From: Epithemia pelagica
Taxonomy: Eukaryota > Protista > Bacillariophyta
DNA length: 64,000 nucleotides
Direction of reading: 5' to 3'
Assembly (NCBI GenBank): GCA_946965045.2
Contig: OX337242.1
Coordinates: 930,001 to 994,000, forward strand
Made by a program: the position numbers and the translations under genes
In this document: positions 20,214 through 30,324 of the stretch, piece by piece
Layout of the letters: each line of letters begins with the position of its first letter
How positions within the stretch are numbered: position 1 is the first letter of the stretch
The notes under the pieces: generated by a model
Told to the model about the DNA's origin: nothing
Database searches by the model: none
Seen by the model: the letters and a program-made list of their open reading frames with translations, nothing else

Positions 20214-20743
20214 GACATTATGCATCGTAACTGTCTTCAGACAAGGGTTGAATTGGATACCACATGAAGCATACTAGACCTAACTTTTTTTACTTGTATC
20301 ATTATCATTTGTGTCGAGTTGTGCCCGGGAACTCTTCTCGTCGATAGTACAAGGCGGCAAAAGTGATTGTTGGCTTTTGGATCGGTCTTGTCAAAAAATC
20401 CGTCGGGTGAAAATTGAAAATTCCCAGAGCAAGCACAACGGACACTGACATTATACTGGTAGGGCTATGACTCTGTCGTGGCTCACACAATACTCTTGTA
20501 CTCGTACTCTACTCGTATACCTCGAGTCATAGACATGCACGCGCGCCGACTGCCGATCATGGCATGATATTGAGGATATTTCACAAAGTTGTCCACATAA
20601 CATGCCCCCAAGTCCCAAGTGCAAACGATTGGAGATTGGAGATTAGCTTGTTTGCTATTCCGTCTCTCAAGGAAAAAACAAGTCCCTCAATTCTAATTGT
20701 GCCATCTCGATCCAAGCTTTCATTAATAAGCCCAGTCATCATC

Positions 20744-21757
20744 ATGCAAATCTTGAAACCAAGCACAAAGAGATCAAGGCAGGATGATGCTTCAAGCGCT
20801 GGTCCGGCAATGTCGTCTTCGCTTGAGAGTGGCAGTTTGTTCGAGGGGTCTGTTTACAGCGACAACAGAGAAGTGCAACCAAATCGTCTCGTGTTTTCAT
20901 TTGAAGATGGTGACGATTCCTTCTGCGATGAGTACTCACTCGGAAGTATTCACCGAAACGTCAGAGTTCCTCAAGCCGTCCCAAAGGCAGAACAACCCCC
21001 AAGTAGGACACCTAGCAACTCACGCACCAAAAGAGAAACTGCATGTGTTCCGGTTAAAGATGGTTCCGTCAAACCTGCGACATTTCTCTCGAGTGCACCT
21101 CGAGGCGCTCGACATGGAATCCTCATTAGCCTTCTATTGGTATTGGTCGCCATGGTGAGTATCATAATCTGTCTTTCTTTGGACAATGATGAGAGCAACA
21201 AGATTCAAAGTGCATCTTCCTTGACGGACGAAGATCGAGGTGAACTAAGGGTCAATCGAACAAGTTTGGTCGGGGGTTCACGGCCCCCTTCACCAAGTCC
21301 AACGGAAGCAACGAATAATGCCTTTTCACCACATACCATGCCATCGGTCCCAACATCCTCCCCCACAGAAGTACCATCCATGAATCCAACGGTTTCGCCA
21401 GTACCTACGCCTGTCGTTGTTTCTGCATCAACAACTGAATCGGAACCGTCTCTGTCGCCAACAAAGATTCCTATACTTACTCCATCATATGTTCCATCTT
21501 CTGCTCCATCAGTAACTTCGTTTCCATCATTCTCTCCATCAGCTACGCCATCAGCTACTACAATCCCGACAGCCAAACCCTCAGCATTTCCCTCCGTAAC
21601 ATCACTTCCAACAACGGAGCGTGCGGTGGTGGCATCGGAAGCAGAAGAGGATGATGACGATGATGATGACGACGAAAAGGGAAAAAAAGAAAAGGGAGAG
21701 AAGGAGAAGAAGGCAAAGAAGGCAAAGAAGGGTTCTGACGAGGATGATAGGCGTTAG
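20744..21757 (+). CDS. Single-pass membrane protein with mucin-like stalk and acidic/basic tail, about 337 aa (upstream ATG at 20564 possible)
   Basis: FCDEYSLG, a TM after APRGARH, SSLTDEDR, a P/S/T region, then a poly-D and KKAKKAKK tail. Confidence 0.85.
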   Translation: MQILKPSTKRSRQDDASSAGPAMSSSLESGSLFEGSVYSDNREVQPNRLVFSFEDGDDSFCDEYSLGSIHRNVRVPQAVPKAEQPPSRTPSNSRTKRETACVPVKDGSVKPATFLSSAPRGARHGILISLLLVLVAMVSIIICLSLDNDESNKIQSASSLTDEDRGELRVNRTSLVGGSRPPSPSPTEATNNAFSPHTMPSVPTSSPTEVPSMNPTVSPVPTPVVVSASTTESEPSLSPTKIPILTPSYVPSSAPSVTSFPSFSPSATPSATTIPTAKPSAFPSVTSLPTTERAVVASEAEEDDDDDDDDEKGKKEKGEKEKKAKKAKKGSDEDDRR

Positions 21758-22157
21758 GGTACGAGAAATCTTTTCTGTATTCTTAGTGTTGATTGTTCGC
21801 TGTTATCAGTGAGAGGTGGCAGCCCAGACACACAATCAGCAAATGTGATAGTTGGAAACTAGCATTGTTCGTCCGGATATACTGCTAAATTTACTCCTTT
21901 CTTCTTCAAAGTTAATGGATGAACGGCAGAGCTCCCTATTCGTACGATATTCCAATGCGAATGCTTTGGTATTTGGTATCTTCTGATTCTAACATTTTCG
22001 ACGAACACACCCCATAAAGACGAAAGAGTCCGGGTATCTTTAGTCTGTGCCTTATATCTTCATTCGCGGCATACAGTGAAGATTTGGAGTTTCCATCGTC
22101 CTCGCTGAAGTAAAAGAATGCTAGGCGTAGGATGAAAGCTTTTCTCTAGTAGGAGTA

Positions 22158-23027
22158 GAGGCAACCTGACGGTTTGGCGCATGAGTCACGCCATAATTCC
22201 TGAGTCACGACCATGTTGCCCTTTTTCAATTTTAAGCAGCGGAATCGACAGAGCTGGATGAGCTCTATCTGCTGATAATATTTGTTTTGAAAAAGATCAA
22301 CACCCGGTCGAGTTATTCAGGATTTTCTGGATTTCTGGATTCAGGCAAATATCTGGTCTACCTGACAATTTGGCACCGCGATAGCCCGTACTAATTTGGA
22401 CCAAAATGTTTTTACACGGGCTATCACGTGAATTGACACGTAACTTCTCACTATAACACTATTTAATCGGATTTCTTCCCTATTCATTGTCTTTCATGTC
22501 CTTCATGGCTTTGTCAATAGACAGGATCAAGTTCTTCTTGTTCATACTGCTGGTTCCCTTGGAGTCGAGATAGATGCCAGTCCTTCTGGACAAGACACAG
22601 CGAGAATAGGGTTTAGCATGATGTACACGATGTGTGCTGATAATGATACTGTTGGAGCTGAAGGTAGACATTGCATGTTGATAACAATGAAGTTGTTGGG
22701 TATACACTATGCATTCATGTTACCTTGATGGATGCTGACTTTGTCATTGTCGTTTCTTGCTAGACTGCACCGAGACTGTGTGTGGGCAGGTAGCTGAGTT
22801 AGGCTACCAATTTAAACTTTCCTTCATCCATTTGGCGACAAAAACACATTTTGAAGTGCCCAATCGACAGATCTCGTTCTGGGCTTTTGAATGACACCTC
22901 AAATTCCAAAATTGGTTAAGTAGAAGTTAAGTTATAAATTGTCAAAGTTTTCTACGGTGGCATCGCGGTGACCCCAGAATTCCGCCCACCAAATTTAGTC
23001 AGGCTGCCAAATTAGTCAGGTTGCCTC
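22158..23027. mobile_element. MITE-like non-autonomous DNA transposon, about 870 bp
   Basis: 13-bp perfect terminal inverted repeat GAGGCAACCTGAC (22158-22170 and 23015-23027), flanked by TA on both sides; subterminal CCTGAC(T)AA(A)TTTGG copies at 22361 and in inverted orientation at 22988-23020; no transposase ORF. Confidence 0.65.
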
Positions 23028-23471
23028 TAGGACAAGAAGGAAGAGAGAGGACGGAGATAGAGGAGGGAATCTATCAGTCGCAAATGGCGAAAAGAGAGCA
23101 CGACATCTCTTTTCCGGCGCTCCTTTGCTCGACGCAGACACTCATTTTTTCAAGAAGTGTCCCCCAATCCCCAGGGGCTGGCTCGCGCTATGATTCTAAG
23201 CGTTACATACCCATGTACCTTACGATTACTTATGAATTATTAACCGTCTCAAATTCAGTTGGCATGCAGCGCTTATCTGGTACACGTGTCTGGTTCAAAT
23301 CACGTTAATTTTTTCAGATTACTTAGGAAACTGCATGTCCTCCGGGAAATTTTGAACGATTTCTGTGGTCACAAGGAACCGAGGCAATTTTGATCCAGGG
23401 TCAATCACGTCTTGTCTCTCAAAGTTGCAAATCTCCAACAAAACTCTGTCTCATCATAGTTTCTTGCCCCG

Positions 23472-24455
23472 ATGGCGCCTTTCACTTCATCGTCAAGCAT
23501 TGACCAACCAACAAGGGTCGTTACGAGCCAGTTGTCGGGCACTCCAGACGAACCAAACGCGTCACTGGTCAGTGGTGTTGGCGGAGGGGAAGACGTGACC
23601 AGCGTCGATGGAGGATGGTCCTCTGTGGCTAGTGACAGCGTCTTTACTTCGCAACCTGAGAATGGGGCACCCATAATCACTGGAACGGTACCCATTGTTA
23701 ATTTTCTTCCACCACTTTCGACGCTTCAACAATTCCGGCAGCAAGACATTCCTAAGCAAGCACCTGACCCAAATGAGGAACTTTTTGTCGATGATTGTTC
23801 GGTTGGAAATATATTGGGCGTCTATCCTATTGACCAATATAAAAAGAACAACACAAGCAAGGACCGGAGTGACGCGGATGGAATAGCGATCGCAACACCA
23901 GTTTCAAAGGGACCATCTTCCTGGTTGGCTTCTGTTCCTCGTCATATTCGACTGATTGTGGTGCTCAGCTTATTTGTGATATTATGCGCCCTACTAAGTA
24001 TCACCTTTTCTGCAATACAACGCGAGGATACAAAAGAGTCATCAACAAGCAGCACCGGCGCGTCCTCCTTGACGACCGACGAAAGAAATGAGTTTTTGAT
24101 CAATGCAGAGTTCCAATCCTCGAATGGAGATGGAACATCAGACCCTCTAGCAACTGCAACTGCACAACAGACCAGTTCGTCTTTTGACACTCCTTTTCCG
24201 TCGGAGAATCCATCACGCGCCCCGTCACGTTTGCCCTCTGTTGCTCCTTCGGCACAACCCTCAAAGCTTCCTTCTGCCAGGCCATCGTGGCGTCCATCAG
24301 CTCGACCTAGCGCATACGCCCGGACGGCCGGTCTTACTCTTGATTCGTCGTCAGCGCCTTCATATGTACCTTCATGGCAGCCGTCTGCACCGAGGGGTAT
24401 GATGGGCAAAAAGAGCAGCGGCGAGATGGATGAAGGTGACGACGACAGAAGGTGA
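23472..24455 (+). CDS. Single-pass membrane protein, same family, 327 aa
   Basis: SVASDSVFT, DDCSVGNILGVYP, SWLASVPRHIR then a TM, SSLTTDER, PSARPS repeats, DDDRR end. Confidence 0.85.
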   Translation: MAPFTSSSSIDQPTRVVTSQLSGTPDEPNASLVSGVGGGEDVTSVDGGWSSVASDSVFTSQPENGAPIITGTVPIVNFLPPLSTLQQFRQQDIPKQAPDPNEELFVDDCSVGNILGVYPIDQYKKNNTSKDRSDADGIAIATPVSKGPSSWLASVPRHIRLIVVLSLFVILCALLSITFSAIQREDTKESSTSSTGASSLTTDERNEFLINAEFQSSNGDGTSDPLATATAQQTSSSFDTPFPSENPSRAPSRLPSVAPSAQPSKLPSARPSWRPSARPSAYARTAGLTLDSSSAPSYVPSWQPSAPRGMMGKKSSGEMDEGDDDRR

Positions 24456-25047
24456 ACTACAAGATTTTGGAAAACCTGACGATGCCAGTCTGTTGTTGGA
24501 AGTATATTGAGATAAAATATCCTTGGATGACAAAATATAATATGTCGTTCTTTGAGCACACTTTACGTTGTGTTTGTGATGTTCGTTGGTGAATCGTTCA
24601 AAAGCCTGTTGGAACAGTCAACAGAAGAACTGGAATCGTCCACCTCTGTTCCCCCCGTATCCATTTGTACCTTTGTAGTGCGAAAAAGTCAGCGGTCAAG
24701 CCATTGTCCGCGTTGGAGCCATGACTGCTTTGTTCAAATCCTGTCGGTTGCATGTGTTTTGTGGGGAGATTCCAAGATGTACGATTGGATTGTCTTGATT
24801 GAGTCGCGGGAAATGTTTATAGACAGGCCGTCCGCACTCTCGGAAAACACCGACTGGCTCGCTGCGCTTAAGTATTCTGTCCGTTAGCAACTCCCTCCGA
24901 GATGCAGTCGAGGTCAAGGGAGCATTCCACTCCAGCCGCTGTCGGACCGTTGGTGTCGGCGTCGGCATCTTCCACAAGATTTGTCCTCTCAAAATCGTTC
25001 TGAAATCTGAAACTCGGCACTCCTGATTGTCTTCGGTCGTCCTAACC

Positions 25048-25797
25048 ATGAAGTTTCTTCAAAACCCACGCGCATCCAGCATTCGTGTTGGTGCTCACGA
25101 GTTTATGAGCATGGAAAGTCGCAGCAGCTGTGGGGGAAGCAGTCGGATATCAAGCCGTTCCGACATGTCCTTTATTTCCAGCCTGGGAGATTCCATGGTC
25201 GAAGGAACAAATAATTTCATGGTTCTTGGTGCAGAACCAAGAGAAGAACCATCCATGCCGGTCAAAGGTTTGTCCTCTTTCCTACAAGATACCACCCTCG
25301 CTGCAACAAGAACTACCATGGAAGACTGTGAAGAAGCGACTACCGAGGACTGCGAGGCCACGAGGGAACCAAGTCAAAAGCAACAAAATCAACATCGAGG
25401 CTTTATTCACAAAGTCTCCTTCGTTCCCACTTGCTTCTCAATGTTCAAACATCGCAAACTTGAAGAAGAGACCAAAAACACTCCAAGTTTTAGTCATATT
25501 CCTAGATGGGTGGGCATGGTGACGGTAGCAAGTCTGCTTTTGTTTTGTGTTGCTGCCTTGCTGACATTTGTTGCTTTGCTTGTGGAAAATAATCAATCTA
25601 CTAGCTCTCAGAACGACCAGGTTGGAATTCCCGCAAGCTATTATGAAAGTCGCTTTGCACCAACACCATCGCCATCACTGGACTCATCGCAAAAGTCCTC
25701 TGCGCTTTCATCATCATCGCCAACACCATCACCCAGTTTGCCACCAGCCAGCCTCCAACAATACGCTTGGCTCAGAAGCAAGGGACCCCATAATTGA
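25048..25797 (+). CDS. Single-pass membrane protein, divergent family member, 249 aa
   Basis: Ser-rich N-terminus, IPRW followed by a hydrophobic helix, short PTPSPS stalk. Confidence 0.75.
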   Translation: MKFLQNPRASSIRVGAHEFMSMESRSSCGGSSRISSRSDMSFISSLGDSMVEGTNNFMVLGAEPREEPSMPVKGLSSFLQDTTLAATRTTMEDCEEATTEDCEATREPSQKQQNQHRGFIHKVSFVPTCFSMFKHRKLEEETKNTPSFSHIPRWVGMVTVASLLLFCVAALLTFVALLVENNQSTSSQNDQVGIPASYYESRFAPTPSPSLDSSQKSSALSSSSPTPSPSLPPASLQQYAWLRSKGPHN

Positions 25798-26498
25798 CAA
25801 GACATTGTGGGTGTGTTTTTATCATCGTCGTGACATTTTTCATTAAGCTACATAGAGACTTTCCTCCAACATTGCTAACTTGCTCGATTCACTTAGGTAT
25901 ACTCTATAATGGGACTTTTCGTTCCGATTCAACACCGTGCAACCCTTTTCGTCTCTATATGTATCCACAACAACGTAGCCGGGATGGTCGAGATTGATTC
26001 ATAGTTGAGGTTGAGTAAACTTGAACTCTCCTGTTTGTCAAATCCGTCATCCATTGGCTTTTCACTAGGCGTATGATTGAGAGGTGTCGGAGGATGGAGA
26101 ATGCTCCTCAACTACAATGAGCCATGTTTACGGATTACGGATCAAAACGACGGGTCATACTCGGCGTCGAATTTTCCGTCTGAGGCCAAAAGCTCGTGCA
26201 CATCTCAATGCGACTGAGGCGCTCAGATCGAGATAGCGTGACAATAATTCTTGGTCTTGGTCATGCGATCCTGTTTTTCATCACTTAAACTACTTAAGAT
26301 AAGTAGTTATAATATGATCTTGGTTTGGTCTTTGTCAGCATGCACTCTGCACGATTGAAGGCCGAAACAAAGTTGTGCTACCCAAACAAGCAAATGAGCA
26401 CCAAATTTACAAATCATCGCCAAGAGTCATGGCAGTGAAAGATGCTCATTCATAGATTTGTTTGACCTTTTGTAAACAGCCAAGCTACCACCGTAACA

Positions 26499-26981
26499 AT
26501 GGGAACTGATGAAACCATGAGTTGTGCAAAGAAAGAAGAAGCTGTCTCTCTGGATGACTGTCTAGTGGTTGAAAATGAGTTGTTGATGGGGACGGATTCC
26601 TCTCACCGTAGTCCTCGATTCAGTTTGAGCGTCTCACGGATATTTGACTCTGTGGACGGCTCATTAAAAAGCAGCTCTGATACGGCATCTGCGACGCAAA
26701 GTGACGATAAAGCTTCCGAGGAAGAATCGATTGAGACGGTTGCTGAACTAAGATCCGAAACATTCAATATTTTGGTTGCTATTACGGTGCTTCTTTTTGT
26801 CGGTTCCTTGGTTTTGTGTATTGTGACTCTTCTACGAGACTCTCATAACGAGGATCAAGCCGTCCCAGAAAAAGAAAACTCATATCCAATTGTTATGGAA
26901 GTACACCACGGTGATCAAGCAGCGGACATATTCTCTACATCTCATACATATGGAAGCAATCGAAGACGACTCGCCCCATAG
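26499..26981 (+). CDS. Small single-pass membrane protein, 160 aa
   Basis: Ser/acidic N-terminus and one TM (ILVAITVLLFVGSLVLCIVTLL); same strand and layout as its neighbours. Confidence 0.7.
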   Translation: MGTDETMSCAKKEEAVSLDDCLVVENELLMGTDSSHRSPRFSLSVSRIFDSVDGSLKSSSDTASATQSDDKASEEESIETVAELRSETFNILVAITVLLFVGSLVLCIVTLLRDSHNEDQAVPEKENSYPIVMEVHHGDQAADIFSTSHTYGSNRRRLAP

Positions 26982-27955
26982 CAAGAGCTGCTCCCATCAA
27001 CTTTCGAAAAAAGATCATTGCGAAACTCGCTTCGACATTGAAGAGAACACGCTGTTTCATGCATTCCATTTGTGCTGGGCCATGACAAGCAAAAGACGCA
27101 CGAACAATATTATTCGTCACTGTCAAAGACCGCCCGCACGTCGTACGTACGGTTTCTAGTCTAATCTATATAGCTCCAGTAAATTACTCGCATTTCATGT
27201 GTGCAGCTTTATTCGGTGTCGCTGAAAAGCGTGGATTGGACAAGAAACAGTAACGAGACTTGCTTCTGTGAAAGAAGTCGTCCACTGTCACTCTCCTACA
27301 ACTGCCTCCTTTGCCATATGTGTGCGCTCCCGTATACTTGTTGAGCTTCCCATTCAACCGCACCCTCGAACTTGTCATCTTTCTCTCGTTGTTGATGGTC
27401 ACCGCAGTCGCAGAGCCTCGAAAAACTGCCTCATCCTGCGGCGCTTGTCCAAAACCTACCGCCCACAAGATTGTGGTGATTGTTGTCAAACCCCTTTTAT
27501 TCGGCAACTAACCTGCAGTTTCCAGTCCCTTGAAAACCATCTCTGGTAAACAACTCCAACGTCGACCTTCTTCCTCCAACGCGTCTTGTTTCTAGGTAGA
27601 TTGTTTTTTCATTCCTCTGTGTGGGAAGTGGGAAAGCATCTCCACAGATTTGTGGCCGGTTGGAGTTGGAGAAGCAACCCCCAACGCGCCAACCCAGATG
27701 CTGAGTCCCCCAAGAATAGAAGGGCTTAGATAAACCATATAGACTTACACGGGGCATCTAACGATCCCTTCCAGACTCCAGACCACGCGTGAAATTCGCT
27801 CTGTACGATCTTTCACAGCGGCACTCCAACTCCAACCTTTACCCTCATGTATATTCGTTGAGCACATGCGCTTTCAATGAGGAGAAAGGTATCGCCGATC
27901 TGTTGAAGTCATTCGCGCAACCTAACGAGCAACGCGCAAAAACGAATATTTGGCC

Positions 27956-28687
27956 ATGGAAGAAGGATTCTTTTTTCTCAATCGCGAATCTTTGAGGGGG
28001 GCACGAGATGCCCACATTTGTGGCGACGGATCTCGGCTTGATCGTATCCGAGATTCGTTTACGACAATGGAGGAAGCCACCACAAACCCAAAAGATTCGA
28101 CGATCGATCCATCTCCAGATTTAGCTAATGTGCAAAACCACGATGTCGAGCTTGCCTTCGATGATGAGCATTCATTTGGGTATCTCTCTGATATGGGAGA
28201 AAGCATGATCTCCTTCTCTCACGAAATGCGCCCCGAAGGAAGAGAGTATCCGGAAGAGCAAAACCCTTTCTACTCGAAGAGCAAATTGGAGCAACCTTGT
28301 CAGGTCTGTAAATATTCTGATAGAGAAGCAAAGACAAATCAATCTGACGCCAAAGAAGAAACCAGAAGGACAAGACCTGATTTTAAGCAGGATGTTGACG
28401 TTAAGGCTCTTGAAGTGGAAATATTGTCAAGTTCTCGACAGCTCCCTTGTGGTTTAAAGATCGCCCTCTGTATGAGCTTTGCCGTTTTGGTTTTGGCGTC
28501 GGTATGTATTCTCGTTGTCTCCATCTTACGCCACAGCGATACACTGCGAGAGGGAAACAGCGAGATCATTTTCAATGAAACGACTGGCTCTTTTTATGAT
28601 TCTGATTCCATGAACAACCTCAAGCAACAAGAAGCGAATTTCTCTGGTGATGTCTTCGCCATGTCAACGACAGAGGGAAATGGGTGA
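27956..28687 (+). CDS. Single-pass membrane protein, 243 aa
   Basis: FDDEHSFG motif, LPCGLK followed by a TM, short C-terminus. Confidence 0.75.
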   Translation: MEEGFFFLNRESLRGARDAHICGDGSRLDRIRDSFTTMEEATTNPKDSTIDPSPDLANVQNHDVELAFDDEHSFGYLSDMGESMISFSHEMRPEGREYPEEQNPFYSKSKLEQPCQVCKYSDREAKTNQSDAKEETRRTRPDFKQDVDVKALEVEILSSSRQLPCGLKIALCMSFAVLVLASVCILVVSILRHSDTLREGNSEIIFNETTGSFYDSDSMNNLKQQEANFSGDVFAMSTTEGNG

Positions 28688-28930
28688 CGTTTTCTTCGAT
28701 GAGCTGGATAACAACGAGTCGTCCTCACTCTACATCTATACTACACACTTTACCAAATCTAGAAAGAATCAATGAACACATATCTAGCTAATAAATATGC
28801 ATTCAAACTAAAGTTGTGTTATTCCAGAATGTACTTGCCTTCTTCTCTCGCATCCAGCTTGCTCCGATTTCTTTTGGCAAGTGTATGGTAGAGGTAATCT
28901 TCACTGCGTTGCGCCAAAATACCAGAGAAA

Positions 28931-30145
28931 TCATCGGAGCCCCATCAAGTCAAGGGAAATGATATCCCCAATCGGCGGAGTAAGTTCTTCCCCCAACATT
29001 CGGAAGCACAATTCTCTTAAAGACAGTGCAATGTCAAGTCTCTCGTGCTTTTGTTGATCAATCAATGCTTTGGATGCCAAATGGCAGCAAGCGGCGGAAA
29101 GATTCATGGATGTATCCAGCAATTCATGCCCGTCAACTGCATGAATTCCATGCTCTATGAGCGCCGTGGCCGCTTTCTTTAGCACACACGCAGCATGTTC
29201 GGGGAGTCGCATATTCTCGCGACGCTGCCGGTGTTGTATTCGCACAAACATCGAGGGATCGAGAGCATCATAGACCAGGTCAGGTTTATTCGAGCGAACT
29301 GCTGCGTCAAGAATTCGATCGTAGAGACAGTGTCCAATCGCATAGTGATGCACAGCAGCGGTAACATCCACGGTAGGACCACGCAATGAAACCGGGACAT
29401 GCATAAGCCGATGCTTAGAATCTCTCAATCGCAGCTCTTGATTGTCTTGTGTTGGCCTGCGACAATCAAAGAAAGCGAATCTTTTGTGATACTCATCCGT
29501 TGGCAGCCAAGTGTAATGGAATTCACTTCCGTCTCCTCGTTCTTTCTTCTCCCAATGCCATTCCTCACCACGACGTGACAATCGCCAATTCACCATCGTA
29601 TTAAAGAAAAACTCAAACTTGGCTTCCCTCCCAATCGACAGGTGCTTGTACCAGGAATGAGCTCCAGAAACACGTCGTGTGAAGTTACAGATGGCTTCTT
29701 TTAGAAACTTCCGTACAGCTTGCTTCCCGTCGATAGAATCCACGTTATCCTCTGATGCTCCCGGTACAAGCGCGAAAAGTGATTTGACTAGCGCTTCTTG
29801 ATATTCCTCCATCATTGTATAGTGAGCAATCATATCCTCAACTGTGTTTCCTGGGAGTCCCTCGTCTCTCAGCACTTTTCCAACCACATGTTCGACATGC
29901 AAACGGGCCGACGGCATCGCTTTGCAGAGGTTGAAAAGATCTTTTCCATCAAGACCAGAGAGAACTTCAGTCACCGCATCCGCTGGTAACAGCTTGAGAA
30001 AGCATGACTTTCCGTTGAGTAGTGGACGAACCCTCGGAATCGCACGACAGAGGTTCAAACGATCTCTCTCGTCTAAGCTAGAAGTCACTTCCTTCAAAGT
30101 ATTAGTTGGTAAAAGTATGAGAGAGCAGGTATGAGATTTAGTCAT
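28931..30145 (-). CDS. Protein with two tandem F-box-like motifs and an uncharacterised C-terminal domain, 404 aa
   Basis: LILLPTNTLKEVTSSLDERDRLNLCRAIPRVR and LKLLPADAVTEVLSGLDGKDLFNLCKAMPSAR fit the F-box pattern; single 404-codon ORF. Confidence 0.65.
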   Translation of the reverse strand: MTKSHTCSLILLPTNTLKEVTSSLDERDRLNLCRAIPRVRPLLNGKSCFLKLLPADAVTEVLSGLDGKDLFNLCKAMPSARLHVEHVVGKVLRDEGLPGNTVEDMIAHYTMMEEYQEALVKSLFALVPGASEDNVDSIDGKQAVRKFLKEAICNFTRRVSGAHSWYKHLSIGREAKFEFFFNTMVNWRLSRRGEEWHWEKKERGDGSEFHYTWLPTDEYHKRFAFFDCRRPTQDNQELRLRDSKHRLMHVPVSLRGPTVDVTAAVHHYAIGHCLYDRILDAAVRSNKPDLVYDALDPSMFVRIQHRQRRENMRLPEHAACVLKKAATALIEHGIHAVDGHELLDTSMNLSAACCHLASKALIDQQKHERLDIALSLRELCFRMLGEELTPPIGDIISLDLMGLR

Positions 30146-30324
30146 GGTGGCTTTTCTTTTTCACCCAATGGAACAAGTAAGTTTGTAAGCGATTGAAAGT
30201 GTTCACATCACGACTGGACTCGAAAGCGCGATTGAGAATTGAGACATGGCAATATCACTGCTTCTTCATGATTCACGACTCCTCCCTTCTCCGCAATCCG
30301 ATACTTTTTCTTCGTGTATTGTAG

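Noticed and set aside
22182-22209. Two TGAGTCA (Gcn4/AP-1-like) sites a few kb from GCN2
   Set aside because: They are inside the MITE-like element and downstream of two intervening genes; no basis for a link to GCN2.
22480-22760. 75-aa ORF with apparent GT-AG intron inside the MITE-like element
   Set aside because: Splicing the apparent intron gives early stops or no upstream start in the frames tested; no transposase motif visible.
27658-27837. 14-bp perfect inverted repeat GGTTGGAGTTGGAG / CTCCAACTCCAACC
   Set aside because: Low-complexity (TTGGAG)2 core, no TSD and no further arm similarity; insufficient to call a MITE.
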